A stretch of DNA of 64,000 bases from an uncultured Bacteroidota bacterium (GCA_963772165.1 CAVYWA010000011.1:229639-293638); one strand, 5' to 3'; counted from the stretch's first letter, positions 47,709 to 57,098 are shown. Notes: generated from the letters alone by a model not told the origin. Numbers and translations: made by a program.

Positions 47709-48969
47709 TCAACAGCCGCTGAGAATAGAAGAAAACTTCTGTGCGATGATCTCCCGGCTGAATATTTTCGCAGCGTCAGGATTCGGCCGCGAGTTATCGA
47801 CGAGAGAAAGAATGTCATTCTTGTTGTCATTGTAGCGAAAGAGCTGCCCGGCATTTGCTTGTCTTAAAATTTCCGCCACTTCTGTATTGTCGTCGCCAAA
47901 CGCAATAATCTTATTCCCCGTACGGAGATATTCAAATAATTTACCAGGCACGTGCCGTCTTTCCGTTGCACAGACGAGTAAATATTGTGCGTTCAGCATT
48001 TCTTGAACAACTTCTGCATACGGGAGAAATCCGAGGGTACTCGGTGTATTCGGAAAGTCCGGTTTCGGCGACGGATTGCTTTATCCCGGGGCTGACGGTC
48101 CCGGTAAATCGCAAACGTAGCTTCCTTCCCCGGCTGATTTCCTGCTTAATATTTTTCCATAACCCAACCGGGTTTTGGTAGTCAAAAATATTTCCGGTGT
48201 GGAGAATAACTTCGGTATCGTCTTTCGATGATTGGCGATGCAGTCCAACAAAAGTTTCTTCATTGTATCCCCAATACAACACGTGAGATTTATTCTTTAT
48301 CAACGGATATTTTTTAACGTAATCTTCCATCATGCTTTCGGTAACGAATACGATTTGCCGCGCATGTTCGAGCGTTGTGCGTTCGAAGTAATTGTCTAAA
48401 GCGAGGGTTGGGGCACTCCGTTTGAATCCCTTATAATACACGATATCGACCCACGGATCGATGAGCACCGGAATATGCGGGATGTTGTAGCGTTTACTTA
48501 ATGTTTTTCCGATGAGATGAGAACTGTGGGGAGGGCCGATAGAGACAATCACTTTCGGTGCACTAGAACCGATCAGTCGTTTTCCGCCGCGGATTGCCGA
48601 CATATACCAGCCGACACGTGCATCGGGGACGAAGAGATTCATTCGAACCCAAATTGCAAGTTTATGCCTCAATGTCTGATGTGTTTGTGAAATCGTTTCG
48701 GAAGCAATGAGCGGTGCGTTGGATTGCTTGCCGAGCAATTTTCGATACAACCCGAACGGTTCGTTGGCTGCGGTTTTGATAATTTTCCATTGCGGGTCGA
48801 TTTCTTTCACAAGGCTTTCATCTTTGTGCGAGAAGGTATCTTCGTCGATGGTGAGGATGGACGGATCCCAGCCAAGCGCGGCGAGGTGCTTGATGATGAA
48901 GAGGGGCCAATGGAGCGACGCTTTGCCGGAGGGGGGCCAGAAGTACGAAATGAACAACACCTTTTTCAT
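47709..48969 (-). pseudogene. GT4-type glycosyltransferase interrupted by a +1 frameshift
   Basis: ORFs 47941-48969 and 47709-47999 overlap in different frames. Reading ...ETGLSEYTEY then LGFLPYAEVVQEMLNAQYLLV... restores a typical GT-B C-terminal domain if one G of GGG (48035-48037) is removed. Confidence 0.7.
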
Positions 48970-49148
48970 TATGAGCGGATTTTCTTACATTCCATGGTTG
49001 CTGAAGTAGCAGGAGATCCCTCCTCAATATATCAAAAAACGAAGAAAAAACCATCAGCCTGCGAGCTATCGGAGCTTAAGGAATTTCCTTGTAACGAATT
49101 GTTCGATTTTCCGTATATTTAAAAGGAAAGAAACCTCAGAATACTTCT

Positions 49149-51950
49149 ATGAAATATTTCGACGAAAATCCTAAAGTTGTACGATTTCTTATCAGCGTGC
49201 TGACGCTGTACCTTCTTTTCCTCGGGGCAGTGACATTCTATCGCTACACAAGCAGCCCGACCGATGAAAACTGGTTCAGGAATTCTTCGTCTACTCTGTA
49301 TGTCGTTAAAAATTGCTCCGGAGTTATTGTTAAAAAGGATTCGCATAAACCGTTTGGGGTATCTACTGGATACGGCATGGATTCGATTCGAGTGGGAGAC
49401 TTGCTCTTATCGGTGAATGATCAAGATCCGGTCAATCCGGCGGGCATTGATAGCATTGTGAAAAGGGCGCCGGGGGATTCGATTCTTATTTCCGTTGATC
49501 GCTCGACGGAAAATACAGGCATCGTATTCAAGGTAGCGAAATCGTTTGTTTCCTCCGGCATCGTTCGAACAATCCCGCCGACGGCGTATGTTTTTGACGT
49601 GATTGAAAATGGAGCGTCCGACCGTGCAGGGATGAAGATCGGTGATTTGATCGTTCACATCAACGGGAAGGGATTTAAGAATGTCAATGAAGCCGATTCT
49701 ATTATGCGGCAGGGCCAGATCGGAAAATCAATTGAGTATGAAGTCCTTCGTGCCAACCGAACGGTAAGGCTGGATGTGACCCTTGCAACTTTTGGCATCC
49801 CCATCTCGTGCTTTATTGTTTTCCTTTCGGGACTGTTGTACATGATGACCGGCCTATTCTTGTCGCTCAAACGCCCGCAATTGAAAGCCGCGAGATTGAC
49901 CGGTTTGACATTTTTGTCGTTGGGTTTCTTTATGGTGGTGTTACTTTTGCTGCGGGACAGTTCGAACGACCTTTTTGTTCGCGTTCGCGGGGGCACATTG
50001 ATATGTTCGATCTTCTTCGGCTTAGCATTGGAGTTCCACAGCCGGCATTATTTTCCCAAAGAAAGGCCGGAACTTCTGTCCCACCGCTGGATACGGATCA
50101 CAATGTACGTGCTTGCGGCGGCTTCCATCATTTATGCATATCTGAATCCAGGGGTATCGCCGTTTCTCGGTTTGGCTCCGATGTCCCTTTTTGCTGCCGG
50201 TGTTTCCATTTATTTTTGGAAACAGTGCAGTCCCGAATACAAAAGATTGTCCCGCATCATCAACTGGGTTTCGGTTGCTTCACTGGTCATTTGCATCGGG
50301 ATAGGGTACCTCATAAGCAAAATGAACAGCCAGGACTATACATATTTTGGTTACATGGGGGCTGCGCTTTCGGCGATTCCCCTTGCGCATCTTTACTCAA
50401 TCGGAAGGTACCGCTTGTTGGACTTAGATTTACGAGTAAGGCGGAATATTCAATACTCGGTAATCTCCTGGTTGTGGATACTCGTGCTGGCGGCTGTTTC
50501 TGTCAAAATCCTGGTGGCCCTGCCCCAAACAAAATTGAATTTGCCTAATGTCCGGCTCACGGGTGCTTCGATTGAAATATTGCGATCGCCGGCTCTCCCC
50601 GCACAGCAGGAGCCTTTTGAGAAGGCTGTGCTCATGGTCCTTGCGGTTGTTCTTACGCTTGCGATATGGTTTGTAGGACGGAAGGGACAGGAGATTATCG
50701 ATACACTCTACGACCGGGCACGTTACGATTATCGGCGCTCGGCAAACGAGCTTGCAGAGGTGATGGGAACAAAGCTCGGCATGGTCGACCTTGCCCGTGG
50801 AATCGTAGAAAAACTGAGCAAGCTGATGAAGCTCAAACGCGTGGGGATTATTTTTTTCCGGGATGAAACCACGTGCTGTTGTACGGAGACGCAGGGGTTC
50901 GACGGCAGCGAATGGAAAAATTTCTGCCTTATGGAAAATAAAAAACTCATCGATGCTATTCAGAACTTCAGGGGCGAGTTTAGCGTCGATTACCTCCCGT
51001 CCGAGATCAAAGAAAATTTTCGGCAGCAGGAATTTCAGTATGTTATCCCCGTTCGTTCGAAGGACAAGTTGATCGGCGCACTGTTCGTCGGCGAAAAGCT
51101 ATCCGAGTCGACCTTTCAGCAGGAAGACCTGCAGCTCTTATCGTCGACGGCGAAGCAGGCGTCGGTGGCGATTGAAAATGCATTTTTGTATGAGGAACTT
51201 GCCGAACAAGAACGTATCAAGCATGAACTGGACATCGCTCGCCGTATCCAGGAAGGCTTGCTGCCGAAGAAAATTCCCGCGATGAAAGGACTTGATATTG
51301 CCGGGATTTCAATTCCCGCGATGTCGGTCGGGGGAGATTATTTCGATTACATTCAGCTCGGACCGAAAAAACTCCTCGTTGTTGTTGCGGACGTTTCAGG
51401 AAAAGGGATGTCGGCCGCTTTGTATATGTCGAAGATACAAGGGATGGTTCAGCTCGCAGCACATATGTATAAGACTCCGAAAGAGATGCTCATTCACATC
51501 AACCGGCGTATTTTCGAAGGGATCGAAAGGAAATCATTTATCACAATGATCCTGGCAGTGTTTGACCTTCAAAGGAACGAAGTGCGTATCTGCCGTGCCG
51601 GCCACAACAAAGCGCTGATCGGATTAAACGGAAAACTGCAATTTCTTAACGGTCATGGCATTGGCCTTGGCTTGGAGCGGGGAAAGATTTTTGAAAAAGA
51701 ACTCCAAGAAATTCGAAAGCCGCTGACCAAGGATGGCATTTTTGTCTTCTATTCGGACGGTTTAACCGAAGCAATGGACGAACAGAAAAATCAATTTGGT
51801 GAAGAAACGGTCAATAAGCTCGTTCAATCGAAGAGGAGCATGCGGGCAGCTGATTTGAAGAGCGCGATTATTTCTTCCGTCGAAAAATTCCGTGGAGGGG
51901 CGGAACCTCATGATGACCTGACATTGGTCGTCGTGAAAACTTCCAAATGA
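49149..51950 (+). CDS. Membrane sensor phosphatase: two PDZ domains, multi-TM region, GAF domain and PP2C/SpoIIE phosphatase
   Basis: PDZ-like segments GDLLLSVND and GMKIGDLIVHINGK are followed by about 8 TM helices and a GAF-like region. PP2C motifs GGDYFD and VADVSGKGMSAALYMS are present. Confidence 0.85.
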   Translation: MKYFDENPKVVRFLISVLTLYLLFLGAVTFYRYTSSPTDENWFRNSSSTLYVVKNCSGVIVKKDSHKPFGVSTGYGMDSIRVGDLLLSVNDQDPVNPAGIDSIVKRAPGDSILISVDRSTENTGIVFKVAKSFVSSGIVRTIPPTAYVFDVIENGASDRAGMKIGDLIVHINGKGFKNVNEADSIMRQGQIGKSIEYEVLRANRTVRLDVTLATFGIPISCFIVFLSGLLYMMTGLFLSLKRPQLKAARLTGLTFLSLGFFMVVLLLLRDSSNDLFVRVRGGTLICSIFFGLALEFHSRHYFPKERPELLSHRWIRITMYVLAAASIIYAYLNPGVSPFLGLAPMSLFAAGVSIYFWKQCSPEYKRLSRIINWVSVASLVICIGIGYLISKMNSQDYTYFGYMGAALSAIPLAHLYSIGRYRLLDLDLRVRRNIQYSVISWLWILVLAAVSVKILVALPQTKLNLPNVRLTGASIEILRSPALPAQQEPFEKAVLMVLAVVLTLAIWFVGRKGQEIIDTLYDRARYDYRRSANELAEVMGTKLGMVDLARGIVEKLSKLMKLKRVGIIFFRDETTCCCTETQGFDGSEWKNFCLMENKKLIDAIQNFRGEFSVDYLPSEIKENFRQQEFQYVIPVRSKDKLIGALFVGEKLSESTFQQEDLQLLSSTAKQASVAIENAFLYEELAEQERIKHELDIARRIQEGLLPKKIPAMKGLDIAGISIPAMSVGGDYFDYIQLGPKKLLVVVADVSGKGMSAALYMSKIQGMVQLAAHMYKTPKEMLIHINRRIFEGIERKSFITMILAVFDLQRNEVRICRAGHNKALIGLNGKLQFLNGHGIGLGLERGKIFEKELQEIRKPLTKDGIFVFYSDGLTEAMDEQKNQFGEETVNKLVQSKRSMRAADLKSAIISSVEKFRGGAEPHDDLTLVVVKTSK

Positions 51951-52006
51951 CCGGATTGATGCGTTCTAAAAAGCGGAGAAACGTTTGTCGCAGAAAACAC
52001 GCCGTT

Positions 52007-52507
52007 TTATCGGCTTTTGTGCAGCGCTAGCAGCATATCGCAGAGTTCCCTTACGCATCCTGCTCCCCCTTTCTTCTTCGTGATGTAATGGGCAACTTTT
52101 TTATTTTCGTCAGTGCCGTCTGACGGCGTTGCGGCAAAGCCAACGCGTTTCATTACTTCGAGATCATTGACGTCATCGCCGATATAGGCAACTTCTTCCC
52201 ATGTCAATGCATGGCGCTTCATCAGCATCTCCATCGCGTTCACCTTATCGCGTGCGCCTTGAACAAGGTCGGTAATCCTTAATTTAGCGGCGCGCCGTTC
52301 CACTATTTTTGTATCTTCGCTGGTGACGATCGCAAGCGTATATCCTGCGTTTCGGAGAAGCACCAAACCCATCCCGTCCCGCGTGTTGAATTTCTTCAAC
52401 TCATCCCCCTGTTCCGAATAGTACATTCCCGAGTCGGTAAGCACTCCGTCGACATCGGTTGCAAGCATTTTAATTTTCTTGAGTCGGGGAAGAAGGGATT
52501 TTTTCAT
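52007..52507 (-). CDS. kdsC: 3-deoxy-D-manno-octulosonate 8-phosphate phosphatase (HAD family)
   Basis: The motifs ATDVDGVLTD and YIGDDVNDL are present, and the protein is 166 aa. Confidence 0.85.
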   Translation of the reverse strand: MKKSLLPRLKKIKMLATDVDGVLTDSGMYYSEQGDELKKFNTRDGMGLVLLRNAGYTLAIVTSEDTKIVERRAAKLRITDLVQGARDKVNAMEMLMKRHALTWEEVAYIGDDVNDLEVMKRVGFAATPSDGTDENKKVAHYITKKKGGAGCVRELCDMLLALHKSR

Positions 52508-52539
52508 GCTGAATTGATTGTTAAAATTTTAAGGATTTT

Positions 52540-53673
52540 TTATTCCACGATTGCCTTCACGATGTAGTCCTGATCTTCTTCGCTGAGATACGGATGCATC
52601 GGTACACTGAAAATACGATCTGCGATTCGCTCGCTGATGGGAAAGTCGCCGCGCTTGCAGCCGAGAGATCCAAATGCATCCTGCAAATGAAGCGGCTTCG
52701 GATAATAGACGGCCGTCGGCACGCCGCGCGATTTCAGCTTTTTCAACATCTCATCCCGATGTTCCGTGAGGATAGAATACTGAGCCCATACGCTCATGCA
52801 GTCTTTGTGTACGAACGGTGTTGTGACCTTATTTTTTAACTTTTCTGCATACCGCGACGCGACGGTATTCCGTAATCCAATCTCCTCGTCAAAAATTTCC
52901 AATTTTGCAAGCAAGACGGCTGCCTGCAGCGAATCCAATCGCCCGTTGATCCCGATACGAATGTTGTTGTACTTATCGATTCCTTGTCCGTGAACTCGGA
53001 TCGAACGAAGTTTTTCCATCATTGAGTCGTCGTTGCAGAATACTGCACCCCCGTCGCCGTAGCAACCGAGCGGCTTTGCGGGAAAGAATGACGTTGCCCC
53101 TACGTTTCCAAAGCTGCCTGCTTTTCTTCCTTTGTAGGTAGCCCCGAATGATTGTGCTGCGTCCTGGAGAACGAAAAGCCCGTGTTTTTTTGCAATCGCT
53201 TCAATCTGGTCATACTCTGCGGTTTGGCCAAAAAGATCGACGGGAATAATCCCCCGCGCTTTTTTTCCTGAATTACTTTTGAGAAACCTTTGGATGGCCG
53301 CGTCAAGCTTTTCAGGGTCGATGTTGTACGTCTGGGGGTCGATATCCACAAAAACAACAGTGGCGCCCAACAACGCAACGACTTCGGCAGTTGCAATAAA
53401 TGTAAACGGTGATGTAAAGAGTACGTCGCCCGGGCCTATGTCGTAAGCCATTAACGGCATGAGGAGGGCGTCGGTCCCGCTCGCGCACGCAACGCAATGT
53501 TTGACGCCGACATAGCGTGCAAGCTTCTCTTCGAGTTCGGCGATCTCCGGTCCCATAATGTACGCGCCGTGGTTCATCACTTCTGCGATTCGACTGTCGA
53601 GTGAGGCGCGGATACGCCGTTGTTGTGCTTTAAGGTCGATAAAATCTATTTTTTTCATCTCAAGGTCTGCCAA
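52540..53673 (-). CDS. DegT/DnrJ/EryC1/StrS-family sugar aminotransferase
   Basis: The motifs GDVLFTSPFTFIAT and SFFPAKPLGCYGDGG (PLP lysine) are present. Confidence 0.9.
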   Translation of the reverse strand: MADLEMKKIDFIDLKAQQRRIRASLDSRIAEVMNHGAYIMGPEIAELEEKLARYVGVKHCVACASGTDALLMPLMAYDIGPGDVLFTSPFTFIATAEVVALLGATVVFVDIDPQTYNIDPEKLDAAIQRFLKSNSGKKARGIIPVDLFGQTAEYDQIEAIAKKHGLFVLQDAAQSFGATYKGRKAGSFGNVGATSFFPAKPLGCYGDGGAVFCNDDSMMEKLRSIRVHGQGIDKYNNIRIGINGRLDSLQAAVLLAKLEIFDEEIGLRNTVASRYAEKLKNKVTTPFVHKDCMSVWAQYSILTEHRDEMLKKLKSRGVPTAVYYPKPLHLQDAFGSLGCKRGDFPISERIADRIFSVPMHPYLSEEDQDYIVKAIVE

Positions 53674-53822
53674 ATAATTTTCTGTTGACTGAATTTGTTT
53701 GAATTGTCTGCTCCGTAACTTTCGTGTGCCACAAGCTAACGCATTTTCGCATGATTTCCAAGAATCCGTTTAGGAGGCGAAGGTTGCAGTCTAGTTTTTT
53801 TTGGAGAAAGCTGCTGCGAGGC

Positions 53823-53951
53823 GTTCTTTGCCGAAATCCCGAAGGACCCCTTTGGAGTATTCCGTACGGCGGGACAATCTCCTCCATAAATGGGGATTGC
53901 CACGTTGTACGTGGTGGCGTAAAGCGCCACTTCGCTCCGCTTGCATTGACC
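53823..53951. repeat. Structured about 129-nt intergenic element; paralogue of 9327-9440
   Basis: The element runs GTTCTTTGCCGAAATCCCGAAGG...TTTGGAGTATTCCGTACGGCGGGACAATCT...CTTCGCTCCGCTTGCATTGACC. Internal hairpins CCACGTTGTACGTGG and GTGGCGTAAAGCGCCAC are present. Confidence 0.6.
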
Positions 53952-54011
53952 TTCAAACTGAGATACTACCCGCCGGTTGCTTTTGTGTGAAGTTCTATTA
54001 CATTACTTTTT

Positions 54012-54713
54012 ATGCGTATCGCGATCATCTCCGACATTCATTCAAACCTGCAGGCCCTTCAGAGAGCTTTTGAAATTATCGCCGTAAAAAAAATCGATCA
54101 TGTATACTGCCTTGGCGACATCGTTGGTTACGGCGCAGAGCCGAACGAGTGTATTGCGATGTTGCGGGATCGCAAAGTATTGTGTATCGCCGGTAATCAC
54201 GATAAGGCAGCGCTCGACGCAAGCAATGCTGAACACCTGAATCGCCATGCACGGGCGGCGATTGAATGGACGGCCCGGCAGCTAACTTCGGAGAACGTCG
54301 AATTTCTTTCTCATCTGCCGTACACATTGGTCGCGCATCATTCTACATTCGTGCACGCTTCGCCGGGTAAACCGGAAGAGTGGAACTACATTATCACGGG
54401 GTATGACGCTCAGGAATATTTTCAATTTTTTACAACACCGTTGTGCTGGGTTGGGCACTCTCACATAAGCGGCGTCTACTGTGAGGACATGACTTCGTCC
54501 GAGGTGGAAAGGGGCAGGCGCTATATCATCAATGTCGGCAGCGTCGGCCAGCCGCGCAACCGGGACAGCCGCCTAAGTTTCGGTATTTTTGATGATGATC
54601 GATGGGAGTACGAACACGTTGCTGCAGAATACGACGCCGGTTTAGCGCGGAAAAAAATTATTGAAGCAGGGCTGCCGCCATACCTGGGGGACCGGCTGCT
54701 TGCCGGTGTGTAG
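54012..54713 (+). CDS. Metallophosphoesterase (calcineurin-like)
   Basis: The motifs RIAIISDIHSN, LGDIVGYG and GNHD are present. Confidence 0.85.
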   Translation: MRIAIISDIHSNLQALQRAFEIIAVKKIDHVYCLGDIVGYGAEPNECIAMLRDRKVLCIAGNHDKAALDASNAEHLNRHARAAIEWTARQLTSENVEFLSHLPYTLVAHHSTFVHASPGKPEEWNYIITGYDAQEYFQFFTTPLCWVGHSHISGVYCEDMTSSEVERGRRYIINVGSVGQPRNRDSRLSFGIFDDDRWEYEHVAAEYDAGLARKKIIEAGLPPYLGDRLLAGV

Positions 54714-54721
54714 AAGGCCTC

Positions 54722-55348
54722 TTACTCTTGTGAAGCTGCCAGCAATTCCGCTTGGAAGGTTTCCTTTGTCTGCAAACCAATCATCTTTTTCACAATTTCG
54801 CCTTTCTTGTTTACAAAGAACGATGTCGGAATGCCTCGAATACCGCCAAAAGCCTGCTCGAGATCTCCGTTGTCTATGACAATCGGATATGCAAGATTTG
54901 CCTGCACTGCAAACGTGTGGACAAGGTTGAGCACGTCGCCGTCGCGGTCGACGGAGATGCCGAGAATTTTGATGTTCTTGTCTTTGTATTCATCGTGAAT
55001 GGCAACCAGATCCGGCAGTTCCCGCTTGCACGGACCGCACCATGTCGCCCAGAAATTTATCAGCACCACGTTGTCCTTCGAAAAATCCGCGAACGAAACT
55101 TTCTTCCCTGTTTCATCCGTCCAGCTGAAGTCGGCTACTTTCGTTCCTTCATTTTTTTGAACCGAATTCACTTTCGATACATTGGCAATAAAGTCGCCCG
55201 ATGACGGTGATGCCGATTGCGCAGATGAATTCTCTTCGCTTTTTTTAGCACAGCCCGAGAACATCATGAATAGCGCAAGCACTGCGGTGAAAAGCATTCG
55301 TGAAAAAGGGGGATGTGATTGGATGAATCTCGTCATCGGAGTTACCAT
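54722..55348 (-). CDS. TlpA-like thiol:disulfide oxidoreductase lipoprotein
   Basis: A lipobox (MFSGC) and the thioredoxin motif WATWCGPC are present. Confidence 0.85.
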   Translation of the reverse strand: MVTPMTRFIQSHPPFSRMLFTAVLALFMMFSGCAKKSEENSSAQSASPSSGDFIANVSKVNSVQKNEGTKVADFSWTDETGKKVSFADFSKDNVVLINFWATWCGPCKRELPDLVAIHDEYKDKNIKILGISVDRDGDVLNLVHTFAVQANLAYPIVIDNGDLEQAFGGIRGIPTSFFVNKKGEIVKKMIGLQTKETFQAELLAASQE

Positions 55349-56166
55349 GGGTCTTTCTCGCTCAGCAGAGCGATCATTTTACTTCTTTCTATTTTACTGA
55401 CTGCTGCACAAAGTGTGTTCTTATGCCTCCAGAGGACCACATTGCACAGATCGGGCGTTTGCTCGAAGTACCATCCTGTTTTTGCCAAAGCTGCTTTGGC
55501 GTTTTCCGGCAATCCAACTTTATTTCCGTGCATCGCTTCATTCATGTCGACTTGGTAGACGTAGAGGAGGCCCTCTCCGCCTATTTTGTAAACGACGTGG
55601 ACGAGGCGCACGCCGTCAATTTCTGAAAGGACACCGCCGCACCAATCGCAGCCGTCCAAGGTTGCAACACTGACTTCAAACGGCGTGTCTTTTGCGAGAT
55701 AGTCTTTGACGTCGCCCGGGTCGTGGCTTACCAGTGTTGGCTTGAGCGCACCGGTCATTGCAGCGCTGTAATTGTTCAGCGATTGAGTGATGATGTTTTT
55801 ATTGCTTGCTATCGGGATGGCGTTGTTCTTTTGGAGGAGCGATATTGCACCGACCGCAACCAGCAAAAGCGCGACTAAAGCAACTGCCGGGTTTAAGAAC
55901 GCCTCACCAAAAATAATCGTAAGCCAGTTTCGCGACGGGGGATGCAGATGCTCCACTGCCGCCAGCACAGAGTCGGACACAGCGTCCGGGACGTTCTGCC
56001 GCTGCACTTTTGTGCGCAGGAACGATTTCGTCAATTGTTCCATCTCGAATTCATTGCGGCAGAAAGGGCAAACCCCGGCGTGATCGTTGAATTGATGTGC
56101 GATGGTGGTGTGGAGCCGCTTATCTACCGCTTCGCTGATTAACTCATGAAACTCACGACAATCCAC
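55342..56166 (-). CDS. Anti-sigma factor (zf-HC2), single-pass membrane protein
   Basis: An N-terminal HAGVCPFC (Hx3Cx2C) motif and a central TM helix are present. The gene lies downstream of the ECF sigma gene. Confidence 0.7.
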   Translation of the reverse strand: MDCREFHELISEAVDKRLHTTIAHQFNDHAGVCPFCRNEFEMEQLTKSFLRTKVQRQNVPDAVSDSVLAAVEHLHPPSRNWLTIIFGEAFLNPAVALVALLLVAVGAISLLQKNNAIPIASNKNIITQSLNNYSAAMTGALKPTLVSHDPGDVKDYLAKDTPFEVSVATLDGCDWCGGVLSEIDGVRLVHVVYKIGGEGLLYVYQVDMNEAMHGNKVGLPENAKAALAKTGWYFEQTPDLCNVVLWRHKNTLCAAVSKIERSKMIALLSEKDPW

Positions 56167-56198
56167 CGCTACACCTTCGGGCTAATGTTACTCATCGA

Positions 56199-56789
56199 TC
56201 AATCTTTTCCGACAAATCCGCGTCTTTTTGCGTAATCAAATAACTTTGCATAGAGAAGTTTTCGGCCGCGGTGCAGGCGCGAGCGCACTGTCCCGACCGG
56301 ACATTCAACAAACTCCGCAATTTCTTCATAGGTCAACCCCTCAATATCGCACAGAATGACGACGGTGCGGAATTCTTCCGGGAGTGCTTCAAGGGCTTTT
56401 GTGACGTCATCGTCGAGCAAGTGCCCGAACAATTTTTCTTGCAAGTCGTTCGCATCGGCAGAATTTTCACGAATGACATTATAGAAATTTTGAATATCGT
56501 TATAATCGACGGTATCGGGCTCTTTAACGGCCTTCCGGTAGACGTTGATGTATGTGTTTTTCATAATACGGAACAACCAGGCGCGGACGTTGGTTCCTTT
56601 TTCATACTTATCCCAGAAGCGGAATGCCTTGAGAAATGTTTCCTGAAGAAGGTCCCGGGCGTCGTCTGCGTTGCCGGTCATGCGGAGAGCATAATTATAG
56701 AGGATGTCCGAATGAGGAATAGCCTCTTTCTCAAACTCTTTGTGGAGGGCTTGTGCAGGACTGAGAACGGTAAGAAAAACTGGAAACAT
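56199..56789 (-). CDS. ECF-type RNA polymerase sigma factor
   Basis: Region 2 (LLQETFLKAFRFWDKY) and region 4 (LTYEEIAEFVECPVGTVRSRLHRGR) are present. The start was trimmed from 56921 to the Met at 56789. Confidence 0.85.
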   Translation of the reverse strand: MFPVFLTVLSPAQALHKEFEKEAIPHSDILYNYALRMTGNADDARDLLQETFLKAFRFWDKYEKGTNVRAWLFRIMKNTYINVYRKAVKEPDTVDYNDIQNFYNVIRENSADANDLQEKLFGHLLDDDVTKALEALPEEFRTVVILCDIEGLTYEEIAEFVECPVGTVRSRLHRGRKLLYAKLFDYAKRRGFVGKD

Positions 56790-56966
56790 GCGATTGTTCC
56801 ACCGCGGCGGGTTGAAGCCGCGAATGATATTCAGCGGTGTATCCCGGATTTTGAGAGTATTGCGCGCTGTTAAAGTGATGCTACTGGCACACACAAAACT
56901 TAACAAAAAACCGAATGACATTCAACTTGTCAATTGATATATTGTTTAAGATATCTGAAAAATTGT

Positions 56967-57030
56967 CTCTCGCCAAGTTGCGAAGATTTTTGAGGAACCA
57001 CTGTGCGATTTTGCGTCTTTGCGCGAGCGC
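56967..57030. repeat. Gene-less copy of the TTGGCGAG / GCGTCTTTGC motif family
   Basis: The motifs CTCTCGCCAAGTTGCGAAGATTTTT (56967-56990) and GATTTTGCGTCTTTGCGCGAG (57007-57027) are present. The same motif words occur at 10926-11000 and in the arms at 62965-63420. Confidence 0.55.
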
Positions 57031-57098
57031 GGCTTTTTAGATTTTTAAGAAGCCTCTGTTTATAAGTCGTGTTTTCCAATGACTAGCATAATGCACCT

